The notes under the pieces: generated by a model
What the model was told of the DNA's origin: nothing
Database searches by the model: none
Seen by the model: only the letters and a program-made list of their open reading frames with translations
Origin: Amoebidium appalachense
Taxonomy: Eukaryota; Protista; Ichthyosporea
Assembly (NCBI GenBank): GCA_963693365.1
Contig: CAVNZM010000008.1
Coordinates: forward strand, 5,418,310-5,482,309
DNA length: 64,000 nucleotides
Direction: 5' to 3'
Shown here: positions 36,314-56,918 of the stretch, piece after piece
Layout of the letters: the number at the start of each line of letters is the position of its first letter
Numbering within the stretch: the stretch's first letter is position 1
Translations under genes and position numbers: made by a program

Positions 36314-38246
36314 GGTGGTGATAAGATCTCACTGTGATGTTTGGTTGTGGGATTCTACGTGTGCCTGATATATCCCCGTGCAGCTAGGTGCGTGTGCGTG
36401 TGCGTGTGCCTGTGCGTGTGCGTGGCAGGTATGTGTCCGTGCGTGTGTATGAATGTGTGCTCTTGGCAGTGTTCTTGACACGATCTGCTGCTGCCTGTTT
36501 GACAGGGGTGTGGTTCCCTGCTCTAAGCAGCCCACCAAAAAAGAAGATGTGAGCCAAAAAAAAATAACAGATTTAAATAAGTTTATCGATATAGCGCTTC
36601 ACTCAGGCAAAGGAAATAACTAAACCGCTTTCGTGAAACACTACCTCGAAAGCTGCCAGTTTTCTATGATGTAATGTGTCCGAAGACTACACGGAACACA
36701 AGAACCAAAAAGAGGATCGTTACATTTAAATTCTAACCGGGAAAAAAAAAAAACAGACACGTTAAGCTTCTCTCACGAGCGCCTTTTGCTCACAAAGTAC
36801 AACGAAACTGGTGAAACTAAACTGAAAAAAACCGTTTTCGTTCTACGTTCTCCCAAGGTTGAAAACGAAAAAAAAAGAGTCTTAGAGACAAAGTAACGTG
36901 TGGGTGTCAGATGGGCACCAGATATATAAGTCCTCGTTCCTCGTTAATGGCTACAGACACATGGCGAAGTCCCGATTGAGGAAGTCCTTGAGAGTTCTGA
37001 CCTCAGGCTCAGCTCGTAAGGTTTTTTCATTTTATTCAATAGGAGTGGGCGAGAGTATTAACGCATGAATACTATTGGGTCCTAACTTCTATAGCCCGTA
37101 TAACCCAGTCCCCCGGGAAAGCTGTGTTTTCCCGGCCCACTTTGAACAAGGGCCTCTTGGAAGCTGGAATCCAAACGCTAGATAATATCGAGGTTTACAA
37201 CCCTACCTACATATACGGATCCGGATCTGGAAATCAGAGGCTTACAGAAAGGGGTAAATTCGCTCGCCGATCTGACCTGCGATAGCAAAAACAGAGCAGG
37301 ACTTAGAAGGTAAAAGCTTGTAGAAATTTTGTCAGTATCGTAAATATATATATTTAATGTGCTTTTGCATTAATTAAATTATTAAGTTATTGATTTTTGG
37401 AGTTTTTCCATTACCAGGAGCACGGAGACACCCAGATGTCCAACACATGCATTGCCCGCCTCAGATAGCAGGACCACTCACAGCGATACAGTAAAAGCCG
37501 TTCTAAGTTCTCATAGATTTTGACACGTAATACTGGATACATTATCTTTTATGGCAAATATATAACTATATGAAGCGTATTATAATATTTTCTCTTTTTT
37601 TCAGCTCTTTTCTCACAGAAATTACGCCCGCTATATGTGCATGATGATGATAGTTCCAATGTCCCTATTGGTTTGTATAAGAGTGAGCAGCCTGCAAGAT
37701 CGCATGACTGAAATCTAAATATATTATTAAATTAGCGTTTTATACTTAAACAGAATTTAATCTGCCAATGCGTAATATGATTGGTTTAGAATTTAGTCAA
37801 AATGAACAGGCGATTTAATTGGTTGGAAATACCGTCCAATCGGAAAGGGGAGGCTCGTGATGAAACTGTTGACAGAGTCCGAGAACTTCAAAGGTTCGAA
37901 CGTTACCACGTGTACCGCCGGCTTCTATGATGCTGTGCAGTGTAGGCAGGTAGATGCTCTGTGCCAGGCAGGAATAAGGAAATAAATCAGATAGTGATGT
38001 AAATAATTCAGATAGTGATGCATGAATCTTCTGGCCTCATGCACGAAAATCGTGGGCATGATAATGCATGAGAATCGTGGGCATGATGATGATCGTACAG
38101 TACGCAATCACGATGCGGGAAGCACACAATGGGCACATGAACATACTGTGCATCTGCATGCAAGACCTATCTTTAGCTATCTAATGTCAGAGAGACATGT
38201 GTTTGTGTGCACAGTGTCTGTGTGTACGTTTGCCGTGTGTGTGTGT

Positions 38247-38330
<84 letters not shown>

Positions 38331-39588
38331 TGCGCGCGCGCGCACGTGTGTGTGTGTACGGCGTGTGCGTGTGCGTGACACTGTGTGTACACGTGTGTGT
38401 GTGCTTGCGTGTTTTGTGTGTGTGTTTGTGTGTGTATTTGCGTGTGTGTGTGTGTATTGGTGTGCGTCTGTGTGTGTGTGTCTCTCTGTGGGTGTGTGTG
38501 TGTGTGCTTCACAATGGGTGGGTGCACACGTGTGCCTCTGGGTGTGTCCATGCGTGTGTGTACCCCTTGTCACCGTGCGCGTGTGGTTGCACGTGTGTGC
38601 GCTTAGCACGTGCAGCTTACCGTAACGGTGCCTGTTATGTGATAATGACACAATCGCCTGTTTTCTCTTCAAAGTTTTCTTTGTAACAGTTTCTTTACCA
38701 ATTTCGTTTTTAGGTTTCGTTTCGTTTTTCATTGCTTCTTCTTCTACTAGGCGTTTAATACATACAGTGTGTGTGTGCATGTGTGTGCATGTGTGTGCGT
38801 GTGTGTGTATGCGCGTGTATGTGTGTGTGGGTGGGTGGGTGGGTGGGTAGGTGTGGCCCCCAGGAGGGGAGGGGGGGGGGGGGGGGGAGGGGGGGAAGGA
38901 GGAGGGGAGAGTGGGGGGTGGGGAGGGAAGGGGGGAAGGGGGGGGAGGGGGGGTTCAAGAAGTTTAGAGCGTCAAGAGTCAGGTGCAGCTGCTGTGGTAG
39001 CGAAATAATCCAATATATTGAAGTCATCTCGCTCTACGATACTATCAGAGCCATCCTCGGAAAGAAAACAATCGGGTGCTTTCAGCTCTGTAACAGTCTT
39101 TTATAATAAATTGGTCACAGCACAGTCACGGTGTCGTAAATGTATCCTGCTCCGGATTTGCACACTAGGTGGGGGCGGAAACCCATTTTTGGTCATAACC
39201 TGCAAGACCACACGGTGCTGGTACCGTGATCTCTCCCCCCCCCCCCCCCCCCCCCCCCCCCTTCCTCCCCCCCACCCCCTCCCCCCTCCCCCTCCCTCCC
39301 CACACTCCCCCCTCCCCCCTTGCCCCCCCTCCCCCCACCACCACCACCACCCTCCATCACCACCCATCGTGCCCGGACCAACCGATTGCAAGGCCACCAC
39401 CACAACCACCCACATATCCCCCTTGTCCACATTTCCACACACATGCATATGTGCAACATAAGCTCAATGATATGGGTACACACACTATACAATTTTGACC
39501 GAGATCCGTTTCAATATCTCTAATGAAGGCCGTACATACACCTTTTTTGACACACAAACTACTACTATGACATATAGACGCGAAATCC

Positions 39589-45718
<6,130 letters not shown>

Positions 45719-46554
45719 TTTCGCGTAAACGTTTGATTTCAACTATGTCGTTAGCGCTTTGTGGTCTTGAGATATTTGGGCTTGTGTACATAAAAAATGA
45801 AGGTGGAAATGAAATTGGAAGTCAGTGGTGAGAGGAAGGGAGGCGGGAGCGGTAGGCGAGAGCGAGTGAGTGTCTTTAGAGGTGGGTGTGTTTGTTTTGG
45901 AGTAGCGATCAAAGCCGTGTTTACCAATATGTTTTCAGGGTGGTAATATGCATGCGTGATTACTGTTTACAATATTTCGCTGTCGATGTCACCGTGACTC
46001 ATGAGCGTCCCTATATGCTCTGCTACAGCACATGACTTCTTACCAGCTTGGTGGAATATAACAGTATGACCATGCACGCAGAGACACATACGTAGAAAGA
46101 AAGCAGTGAAAAAAACAATTATCGCTTTTCCAGAAAGGCGGCCAACAGCATCGAACTTAGCTGGCACGTGTCACCAGTCCTTGAGACCATTTTTATGATT
46201 ATGCAATTTTAAACACTTTTTAAATCTGTACTCGCTTTACTGATTAGTCGATCTAGAAAACAGTTGACAAAACATTCTGCCGGTTAATGAAGGTAGATTC
46301 CATAGATCTACCAATCACAAATGAGCACATGGCTTCTTGTAGGGTGCAGCAACTTCGTGTTGCCCCAGCAACAAAGATGCCGCTCTAACAAATGTGTACA
46401 AACACGTGTGCGGGGGGACGCATGTGCATAATATATATATACAGTAGCTTAAATATATGTAAGTATATGTAGTTAGCTTTTTCAGCCGGTGCAGACAGCC
46501 GTGGCAGATGGCGTGGGCAATCCGAGTCTCTAGTCTGAAGCAGATCGAGTCGAC

Positions 46555-46980
46555 CAGAGATGGGGCGGTCTGGTCTGGTCAGCCCGTTCCAGCCCGAAAA
46601 ACTTTCGGGTTGGGCTGACCAGACCAACCCGAATTGGGCTCGGGCGTTTGGGCTGGTACGAGCATATGATCTGGCCTGCCCCTAGCAGCAACAGAGTATA
46701 TTTTGCTATGTGTGACTTGGAAACCCTCGAGCAGGTTTAGTTCTTGTAAGTTTATGTGGGTGGATGTGGGCTGGGTTGGTCCCGGAGCCCACATATCATC
46801 CACGGAGTGTGCCGCCCACAGTTCATTTTGCGCAAACAGGTTAGCTATATATGGTTATACAACAGCTATATTTGGTAGTACCCGTCAGCCAACCCAGCCC
46901 ATCTCCAGCCCGAAAAAAATTCGGGTTAGGCTGACCAGTCCAAAGACCAGACCAACCCGAAACCTTCCGCCCCATCTCTG
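46555..46980. mobile_element. MITE, probably hAT-type (426 bp)
   Basis: Perfect 14-bp TIRs CAGAGATGGGGCGG / CCGCCCCATCTCTG. Subterminal CCCGA and GACCA repeats. Flanks GAGTCGAC / AGATCGAC form an imperfect 8-bp TSD. Confidence 0.88.
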
Positions 46981-47205
46981 AGATCGACACAAGATCGGCA
47001 CATTTCATTGGTCGGGTCACTGAGCCGCTGGGCCCTGGCCCGCTTGCATCACCGGCCGAGGGAGCTCGCGCGCTGACATGTACAGGTTGAGGGGCTCGGA
47101 TTTTGGATCATGGTAATGGCATTTATACCATTGGTAATAATTCTGCATAAGTTGCCTGAAACGCGCGCGCGCGTGTGTGTACTATGATGTGTGTGTGTGT
47201 GTGCG

Positions 47206-47273
<68 letters not shown>

Positions 47274-47275
47274 TG

Positions 47276-47343
<68 letters not shown>

Positions 47344-47662
47344 GCGTATGTGCGGACTGTGTGTGCGTGCGCTTCCGGTCTGTCCCTCTCTCTCTCTCTC
47401 TCTCTCTCTCTCCCCCCCCCCCCCCCCCCCCCTCACTCTCTCTCTCTTGCTCGCTCTCTCCTTTCTCTCTCTCTCTCTCTCCCCCTACCAGAGTTCTCTC
47501 TCTCTCCCTCTCCCCCCCCCCCCCCCCCTCTCTGTCCATCTCCTCCTCCCCCCTCCTTTCCCGGCCCTCCCCCTTCTAATTAGCTAGGGGAGGAAGGGTG
47601 AGGGGATGAAGGGGAAGAGGAGGGGGGGGGGGGGGGGAAGACAGAGAAAGTGAGAGGCCTAG

Positions 47663-47705
<43 letters not shown>

Positions 47706-47752
47706 CTGTTATGGAGAGAAAGGAGGTTTGGAATGGGTTTTTTTTTTTTTTT

Positions 47753-47783
<31 letters not shown>

Positions 47784-48436
47784 GTTCGCAGGTAAAACAT
47801 GCGCATGGCAGAAGCTTATCATTACTAATGATAAGGTTCAGATTCAAACAGGTTCAAACAATCTCACTATGAGAAAATTGTGATCGGAACACACCGGTCG
47901 CCTTTGCCTAAACCGGCCCAAACGTGCAGGAAGATGGTAAAACCTCGGGTTTAGTATCTATAAGTACATGTGTGGATGTGCGTGTGTGTCCAGGTGTGTG
48001 TGTGTGTGTGTGTAAGTGTGCGCGCACACACGTGCATGCTCGTGTGCGTGTACATGTTTGTTTGTGTCTGTGAGGGAGGGAGGGGAAGAGGAGGGGTTAC
48101 AACAACCACTACGGTACGTACTCTGGGTTTGGATCCATGGGCCTTCTGCTTCCTACTAGTAAATATAATTGCTTCACCCCACACCGGGCATTTTGATGAT
48201 ACATAAAAATTCCCACTGCACAGCCCTCATGCATGCCTTTGCTTTGCTTGCTGGTTTTTTCCCTGTAAGAATAGTAATAAATCCGTTGACACTGGGATAA
48301 CGTTTGTGTACATTTTGTTGTTGTTGTTGTAGTGTGGGTTGTTCAGGAATTCGAGACAATGAAAAATGGGCAGAAGGGAAATATATATGAAGGAGAGTTC
48401 AAGTTTTTTATATTTTATTTACTTTTTTTTTTTTTT

Positions 48437-48480
<44 letters not shown>

Positions 48481-48644
48481 TTGGTGGGAAAGAGGCCTTG
48501 AAACATTAAGTTCTGATATAATACACTGTACACTACTAAGTCATTCTTCTAATATACATGTTCCAGTGCTACTTCTCTTTGATTCTTGACTCCCGAAAAA
48601 AATCCTACTTCAAACGTCTAAGCACTAAGCATCAACCAATCAAA

Positions 48645-48831
48645 TCAACGATTAGTTTCTTCCGCTTTGCCGCTGACCAACCGTAATGCGTTGCTATTTT
48701 TGCCGACCAATCGCATGTGGGGTTCACTCGTTGGAGTGACTTTAAGCAGACGTATGCTGTTGCATTGCACACGGGCACCAAAATAGGCCGTGTGGGTGCC
48801 CAAATCCTTGTGGGCAAAGAGATCCCGTACC

Positions 48832-48922
<91 letters not shown>

Positions 48923-49033
48923 ATGTGTGTGTGTGTGTGTGTATGCATACGTCCATTCCGTGTGTGTGTTGTGTGTATGTGTGTGCACGTGTGTGTGTGT
49001 TAAGTGTGTGTGCATACGCCCATTCCGTGTGTG

Positions 49034-49074
<41 letters not shown>

Positions 49075-49113
49075 GCGTGTGTGTGTGCGTGTGAGTGTGT
49101 GTGTGTGTGTCAC

Positions 49114-49152
<39 letters not shown>

Positions 49153-49470
49153 ATCTGAGGGGTGGAGGAGGGAAGGAGGGTTGTGTAAGGTGGGTGGGGG
49201 TCGGCCATGGGATTAAGAGTGGAAGAGGGGGGGGGGGGGTGGGTAGGTGGATAGGTGGGTAGGAGGGGGGGGGAGGGGGGGAGGAGGGTGTTGCCGGGAC
49301 AGCTTAGAAGTTGAGAGAGGGACAGGAATGTTTGCTGAGCCTGGCTCCCGCCAAGGAGCGACGGAGAGGTGAGGGAGAGGGAGCGAGGAGGGAAAGTTGA
49401 GAAGGGAGGGCGGAGGGGGACAGGGGGAGGGACGAAGGGAGGGAAGGAAGGGGGGGGGGGGGGAGGGGGG

Positions 49471-49521
<51 letters not shown>

Positions 49522-49940
49522 AAAAGGTGAGGATTGTACTTACGGTGAACGATATGAACTTGAGGCCGGCCTGTTTTGCATCGAAGAAAATTCCGAAGGG
49601 GGGTCCGGCAGTGTACATGTTGAGAAGGGCTACAGCATAGGAACCATCTGTAGAGGGGGAAAGGGGTAGTGGGGGGTGGGGTGGGGGGGGGGGGGGGGGG
49701 GTTGAAGAGGAGAGGGGGAAGGGGGCGGGGGGGCCATGGTTTTGAGCGTTTGTCGAAGAGAAACGAAACAGCTGCGGTAAGGAACGGGGAAGGGGCTGTG
49801 AGCTTGAATGAATGAAAGAAGTTAAGGAGTTCTATCGGTTATTTCAGGAATGGGTAGATAATTTCTCTTTTCCTTTCGTTTTCGGTTTCGCTTTCTTGCT
49901 AAGGGCATGGGAAAAGAGAAAGCTGGTGTGTGTGTGTTGG

Positions 49941-49978
<38 letters not shown>

Positions 49979-50039
49979 AGTGGAAGGGGGGGGTGGGGGG
50001 GGGGGGGGTAAGGGGTGGATATGTGCATGTATGCCTGCA

Positions 50040-50127
<88 letters not shown>

Positions 50128-50166
50128 CGTGTGTGTATGTGTGTGCGTGCGTGCGTGCGTGCGTGC

Positions 50167-50251
<85 letters not shown>

Positions 50252-50533
50252 TGTGTGTGCGCGCGTAAGTGCAAGTTTGCGCGGCGCGCGCGCGCGCGTG
50301 CATACGTACCGCGCGCGTGCGTGTACGTATGTGTGTGTGTTTTTTCTCGTTTTGTGTGTGTGTGGGGGGGGGGGGGGGGGAGGGGCGGAGGGGGGATGTG
50401 TGGGGGGGGGGAGGGGGGGGAGGGGGGAGGGGGGCGTTATACCTTGTAGCTCTCTAATCCACACCTGCCGCCCTTTTCCGTAGTCCCTTACACATCTACC
50501 CTGCTTGCCGAGTGGGTCCTGGTTGACGGCAAT

Positions 50534-50588
<55 letters not shown>

Positions 50589-50813
50589 GCGTGCCTGCCT
50601 GTAGGTGTAGGTGTACGTGTGTTCTTGTGTGTGTGTGTGTTTTGCGCGTGTGTGCGTCGTGTGCGTTTGCAAGCGTGTATAAACGAGTGTGTGCGTGTGC
50701 ATGTATACGTATGGAGGCAGGTGTGCAGGGTCGTGTATCCGCATGAGCACAGTGGTTGTTGTTAGATAACGCACGAAACACATAGAAGAATTTTTTAAAA
50801 ATTTCCATCCAGA

Positions 50814-50848
<35 letters not shown>

Positions 50849-52685
50849 GGGCGTCCATTTCATAGGTATCGAGTTTCAAAACTTCTAACCTCGCCTACCT
50901 GGTTTATATCGCGTTATGATATATTTTGAAATTTCACCCCATAGGGCCGAATAGTCATAGTCACAACGCCGGGACCGGGTCTGGCTGCATTCCGATCTCC
51001 TTCCATTTCCGTCAATCCGATCAAGCCGTTTTTTGAGAGTAGGGCAACAGAAATTGGTTTCAGCGCAACAACATGGCGTGCACAAGCGCATACTTTTTTA
51101 TGCTATATAATATGTATTTCTGGCACAAAAACAGCCAAATAAAACAAATTTATTATATAAAAAGGTTCTTATTAAAGATAATATGATATATATTTGGTTA
51201 TTGAATGTTTTGTGTTTTCCCTCTGACTGCGATGGCGTTGCCGCTTCAAGGTAAATGTGTTTGCATTACTCTAACTCAAACAAATTAGGTGGAGCCGGCT
51301 CAGCGCCGTTGATCGATTGATTGGACGCAAGCGGGAATCGGATTATCCAAAGTTATATGAATCGATTGGATCCGCAACTCCACTTTAAAAATTTCAAGCC
51401 GTTTGATTGGATCCACAACTCCAGTTTGGAATTTAACTAACTTTTTGGATTGTGACTAGTTGGTCAGATGACACTTCGTCAACCAGTAGGATATCTCTGC
51501 TGCAGCTATACAGATTTTCAAGGGGTTATGGGTGGTACAAACACGTGGGATGCCAACGGGGGCTAGTTTTCGAGTGTACCATCAAAGAAACACAGCCCAA
51601 CAAGTTTCCACACGCTTTTTCTATAAGTATGTCTCGGCTGCAGCTATCCACATTACACAAGTTGCTTTATGCTACCCGTGTAAATGTAGTGCAGCGGGTG
51701 CAAGTTCCAATAAATATCTAAATGGGGAAAAAGAAAACAGCCGAATAGTTTTTTTTGCCCAACTCTTTATTCAGCAACATGCATATCTCTACCGATGTCA
51801 CCCCAATTTTACGGGTCAATGGTTACCCGCACACACATGGAGCGCAAAGTATATCCAAATAAATACAACCAAAAAGTTATCCACGCACCTCCTTATTCAG
51901 AAGTATATCTCGGCTGCGGCTATCTATATTCCACAGGTCAATGATTGCCCACACACATGGAAGGTAATGTATATCCAAAGAAAAGAAATGTGCAGTCTAA
52001 AAAGTTATCCACTCACCTCCTTATTGAGCAGTATATCTCGGCTGCGGCTATCTATGTTCCAAAGGTCGTTGCTCATCAGCAGGGGGGCTGCAAATATAGC
52101 CCACATGCCCATCTGCATTTCTGATTGGCTCGCGCTCAGCCCCGTGTTGCCAATCAGGAGCATGTCCCTGTAGAATCGACAAATGGAGTTAACACATTAG
52201 AATAGTAAAATTTATGGTTAAAATAGGAACGCTAATGTCATGTGATGGTATTCTATATTGTGCGACACATTGCCAATTAGGAGCATGTTGCTGTAGAATC
52301 GACCAATGGAGCTAATGCGTTAAAATAGTAAAAGTTATTGTCATCGATCAGATGGTACATTTAATGTGCTACACAGAGCTAATCATGAGCATGCCCCTGC
52401 ATTATCGACCAGGTTCGACCTATGGAGTCAAAGTGTTAAAAGTTAGTGGTCATTTAGAAAGCGTGACACCGAGCCAACCAGCAGCATGTATCAGCATACT
52501 TCATTGTTTAACCCCTGTCTTGTTTTGTCGTTTTGTGGTCGGATGCTGAATGAATTGCAAGTGAATCGAGAGGAGGAGGAGAGGGAGGAGGCTGGGGGGG
52601 GGGGGGGGGGGGGAGGGGGGGGAGGGAGGGTTGGAATGTGTTACGGAGAACTCAGCGCAAATCAACCATGAACAATATGATGCAG

Positions 52686-52729
<44 letters not shown>

Positions 52730-53132
52730 CCTCTTCACGGAAAAAAAACCCCTAAACCCTAAAAAAAAAAAGGGAGAAGAAGAAGAAGAAGAAGGAAAAA
52801 GGGGGCACACATGGAGTATGCATCAGAAGTAGAACCTATCTTCCGGGGGCGCCTGTAGGGGCGGGGGGGGGGGGGGGGGGGGGGGGGGGGTTGCTAACAT
52901 ACGGGTCATTCCAGGCCCCGGGGCGGGCAGCACTTAGAAACTGCTCATACTGGCGACCAGTCTCAGTGCGCCAATAATTTATAATGGAGGTCAACGATTG
53001 GTAGCTGTCATTTATGTCCTCGAAGTTACGCCACACGTTGCAGTACTGCACTAGGAGGTCGTAGGGTATATCCATGCCTGTGTATATCCAAATAGGTGAG
53101 ATATTTGATATATCCGATTCCAAGGATTTTTT

Positions 53133-53216
<84 letters not shown>

Positions 53217-53863
53217 CTAGTGTGTGTGTGCACGTGTGTGTGGTATGTGTTGTGTATGAGATAATGTGCTATATGTGCAATTGGTTGGCTTCCGTCAATT
53301 TCTTTGTTAAAATCTTTAGGGGGAATATAAAAAAGAAAGGCACAAATTCTTTTTCTGTCCTTGGTCATATTCAGGGTATCCCTATTTACGTGAAATGTAC
53401 ATCCAACGGGGTCGAGAGATATTCAGAACCTCCATAACTGTCTAAGTGCAATTGCATCCTGGGCAAGTGAAAGCAACTAATATTATATATCTCCCCAACA
53501 GATCATTAGATAGTCGACACCCAGAAACGGGTTTGTGCAAAACAGATATGATGATAGTGGGCACCCAAAACACTTTGTGTATAAATATGGTGATAACGGA
53601 TGAAATTCTCGGGTATCTCATTCTGTTGATCCGACTATTTCTTGGGAAAAGTGGTGTCACTTTGAAATTTAAACACCTTGTCTGAATGGTTGAAAATAGG
53701 GGACGGTACCATCAATTTAATGACAACTATGGTACATGAAGAATGTGTGGGGTTCATCTTATGTTAAAGAGGTATGTAAACATATGTTCTGCCTTGGGTG
53801 TGGAAGGTGTATGGTTCTGTGCAAAGAGATAAACAGGTACAAACTTTGCCCCACACGAACACA

Positions 53864-53932
<69 letters not shown>

Positions 53933-54035
53933 CAGGGCATGCACACAAAGACGAGCCACACACAAGCGCCCTCCCCCCTCCACCTCCCCCCGCCCCACCC
54001 ACACACGCACATACACACATTCACCCATACAGCGG

Positions 54036-54066
<31 letters not shown>

Positions 54067-54436
54067 CAAACACACCACCACCGCCACCTGCCCCATCCTA
54101 TCCCACGTAATTACTTTCCAAAAACAATCATCGAGCATATGTATTAAAGAAATCACGGCAAACCCACCCTTCATCCTCATATAGTCGGGCCATGAGCAGT
54201 AGTAGATGATTGGCCGGCCGGTGGCATTTAAAGCCTGGCCCAGCCGGGGATAGGTGATGTGGTAGGTGGATTCGTCGGCATAGCACCCGTCAACCTTTAA
54301 GCTGTGTTAGAGGAAGTGAATGTGTGTGTGTGTATGCAAGTGGCGTGGGGCCGGGAGATAATTGTGATAAGGCACCTGTGTGCATGTGTGTGTACGTGTG
54401 TGGGTGTGGGTGGGTGGGAGGGGTGGTTGTTGTTGT

Positions 54437-54478
<42 letters not shown>

Positions 54479-54645
54479 GAATGTGTAAGTGCGATTAATG
54501 CACGTGCACACCTTTGTGCATGTGCGCACACTTGCGTGTATGTGTGCGTGTGTGTGTCCCCTGCTGGTCGGCGTAGGCCACGATTCTGTGCATATGCGTG
54601 TGCGTGTGGCTGTCTGCGTATGCATGTTATGGGGCTTTGGTTTCC

Positions 54646-54680
<35 letters not shown>

Positions 54681-54783
54681 GGGGGGGGGTATATTAGAAG
54701 ACAGACACGGTGAATGTTGTGATCCCCTTGAACACAACAAAAAGACAATCTTGTTTTGTCCCCCCCCCCCCCCCCCCCCCCCC

Positions 54784-54817
<34 letters not shown>

Positions 54818-54820
54818 CCC

Positions 54821-54852
<32 letters not shown>

Positions 54853-55324
54853 CCGCCTTTCTCCCCCTTCTGAATGTGCGATGCTGCTATTGCATTTTAT
54901 GTTGCTAACAGTACACCAGCACCGCACCACTGCTACTTTTATCAACCTTACAAATGCTGCAACTACTGACAATGCGGCAAATGGTAATGATGATGCTAAT
55001 AATATACGAAGTGATATGCATAGTACACACAGAATTCTAACCCTCCAACCCTCGACACAACCCCTCTCTCTCTCTCTCTCTCTCACCCTCTTCCCCACTT
55101 CCCGTCCCCTCCGTCTACCACCCCCGCCGCCTCCCCCTCCTCCCATTGGCGCATGTAAGAACGTGCACATCAGCACACACACAGGCACACACAAACATGC
55201 ACATGTGCACACACACACACATCCCCCTCCCACCCCCCCCCACACACACACCTCACACACACAATCCCAACCCCCTCGCCCCCCCCCACCCCCCACCCCC
55301 ATCACACACACATAATCCTCCCCC

Positions 55325-55373
<49 letters not shown>

Positions 55374-55911
55374 TCCCCCCTCACCCCCTCTACACACACA
55401 CTCCCCCCCCCTTCCCCCCCCCCCAAAAAAAAAAAAAAAAAAAAAAACACCCACCCACCCACCCACCCACACACACCTGTCTATGCCCCACTCCGCCATC
55501 GTCTTAACGTCTTTGATGTACTGCTCGTCCCCCTTCACCTCCCCCTCTGACGGGACATCGAATCCGGGATATCCCCCGCATGTTTTTGTTCCGATATCCA
55601 AGTAGAGTCCGAATTTCAGCCCCAAGGAGTGCACGTAGTCGGCCAGCGCTTTTATTCCGCCTGTGAAAGTGCAATCGGAGATTTAGTCTGTAGGATATAC
55701 AAACTATACATAGTTTTAGTGGCATCATTGAACAGACCCCCCCCCCCCCCCCCCCCCCCCCCACCCCAAAAAAAAAGAAAAAAAAAAAAGAAAAGAAAAA
55801 GAAAAGAAAAGATTCTAAAACACACTGAGACGAAAGAAAAAATCGGGGAGCGCGCGCGTGTGTGCATGGTGGTAATAGTGGTCGTTGTGGTGGTTGTGGC
55901 GGTGGTGGGGA

Positions 55912-55945
<34 letters not shown>

Positions 55946-56883
55946 CGGAAGCTTTGTAGAGCTTACATTAACTCAGTGTGTACCTTACACCCCCCCACCC
56001 AACCCCCCTCTAACCCACCCCCACACACACGGCCTCTACCCATTCCACCAGCACCACAACATATAAAAAAGATTATCGCTGCAACCACCCGCTTTAACCC
56101 TTCCGCATTCCCTCCCTTCATCATTCTTTTGCCCACGGCACACTTCACCCACACTGATCTACCACACACGTGTGCTTCAAATACGGGGAACACTTTCCCG
56201 GGGGGGTTAACGTTTGTGTGTGTGTGTGGGGGGGGGGGGGGGGGGGGGAGGGGGGGGGGAAGGGGGTGGGGGTGGGGGAGGGGGGAAGAAGCTTGCGTCT
56301 GGAATCCATCCCCCCCCCCCCCCCTCCCTCCCCCCCCACACACACCTTTCCCTCACACATACATCCACCTCTTCCCCCTTTTTCAAAGAAACGAGAGAGA
56401 TATAGATAATATGTGCGTGAAAGCGACAGCCCCCGGAAGAGAGGAAGAGAGGGCGAGTGGGGGGAGAGGGGGGTTGAAGAGACAAAGAGCAGGCAGAGGG
56501 GGATGGGCCGCCCGGGGAAGGGGGGGGGGAGGGGGGGGGGGGGGGGGGGGGGAGAGGGAGGGAGGGAGAGGTTACGGAAGAAACATACTTGGGAACCTTT
56601 TCCTGTGGGGCACTAGGTTGCCCTGCTGGTCTCTCTCCAGCTCCGACCAGCAATCATCCACATTCACAAAGTTGTATCCTGCATCCTTGTAGCCAAACTT
56701 GACCATGGCATCGGCCATACGCATGTACAGCCTGTGAGGGGTGGGGATAGTTAAGACGAATATATATACTTCATTGTACGAAGTACACATACATGGGTTA
56801 AAATGCGTTAAAGAGGCTAAGTATACGATTATGACGGGCAACGCCATGCTGATGGCAGAGCACACATAGAGATTGCTTAAAAA

Positions 56884-56918
<35 letters not shown>

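Noticed and set aside
53373-53710. MITE in GH27 intron 4 (CCCTATTT ... AAATAGGG)
   Set aside because: Only an 8-bp inverted match, with no TSD and no second copy in the window.
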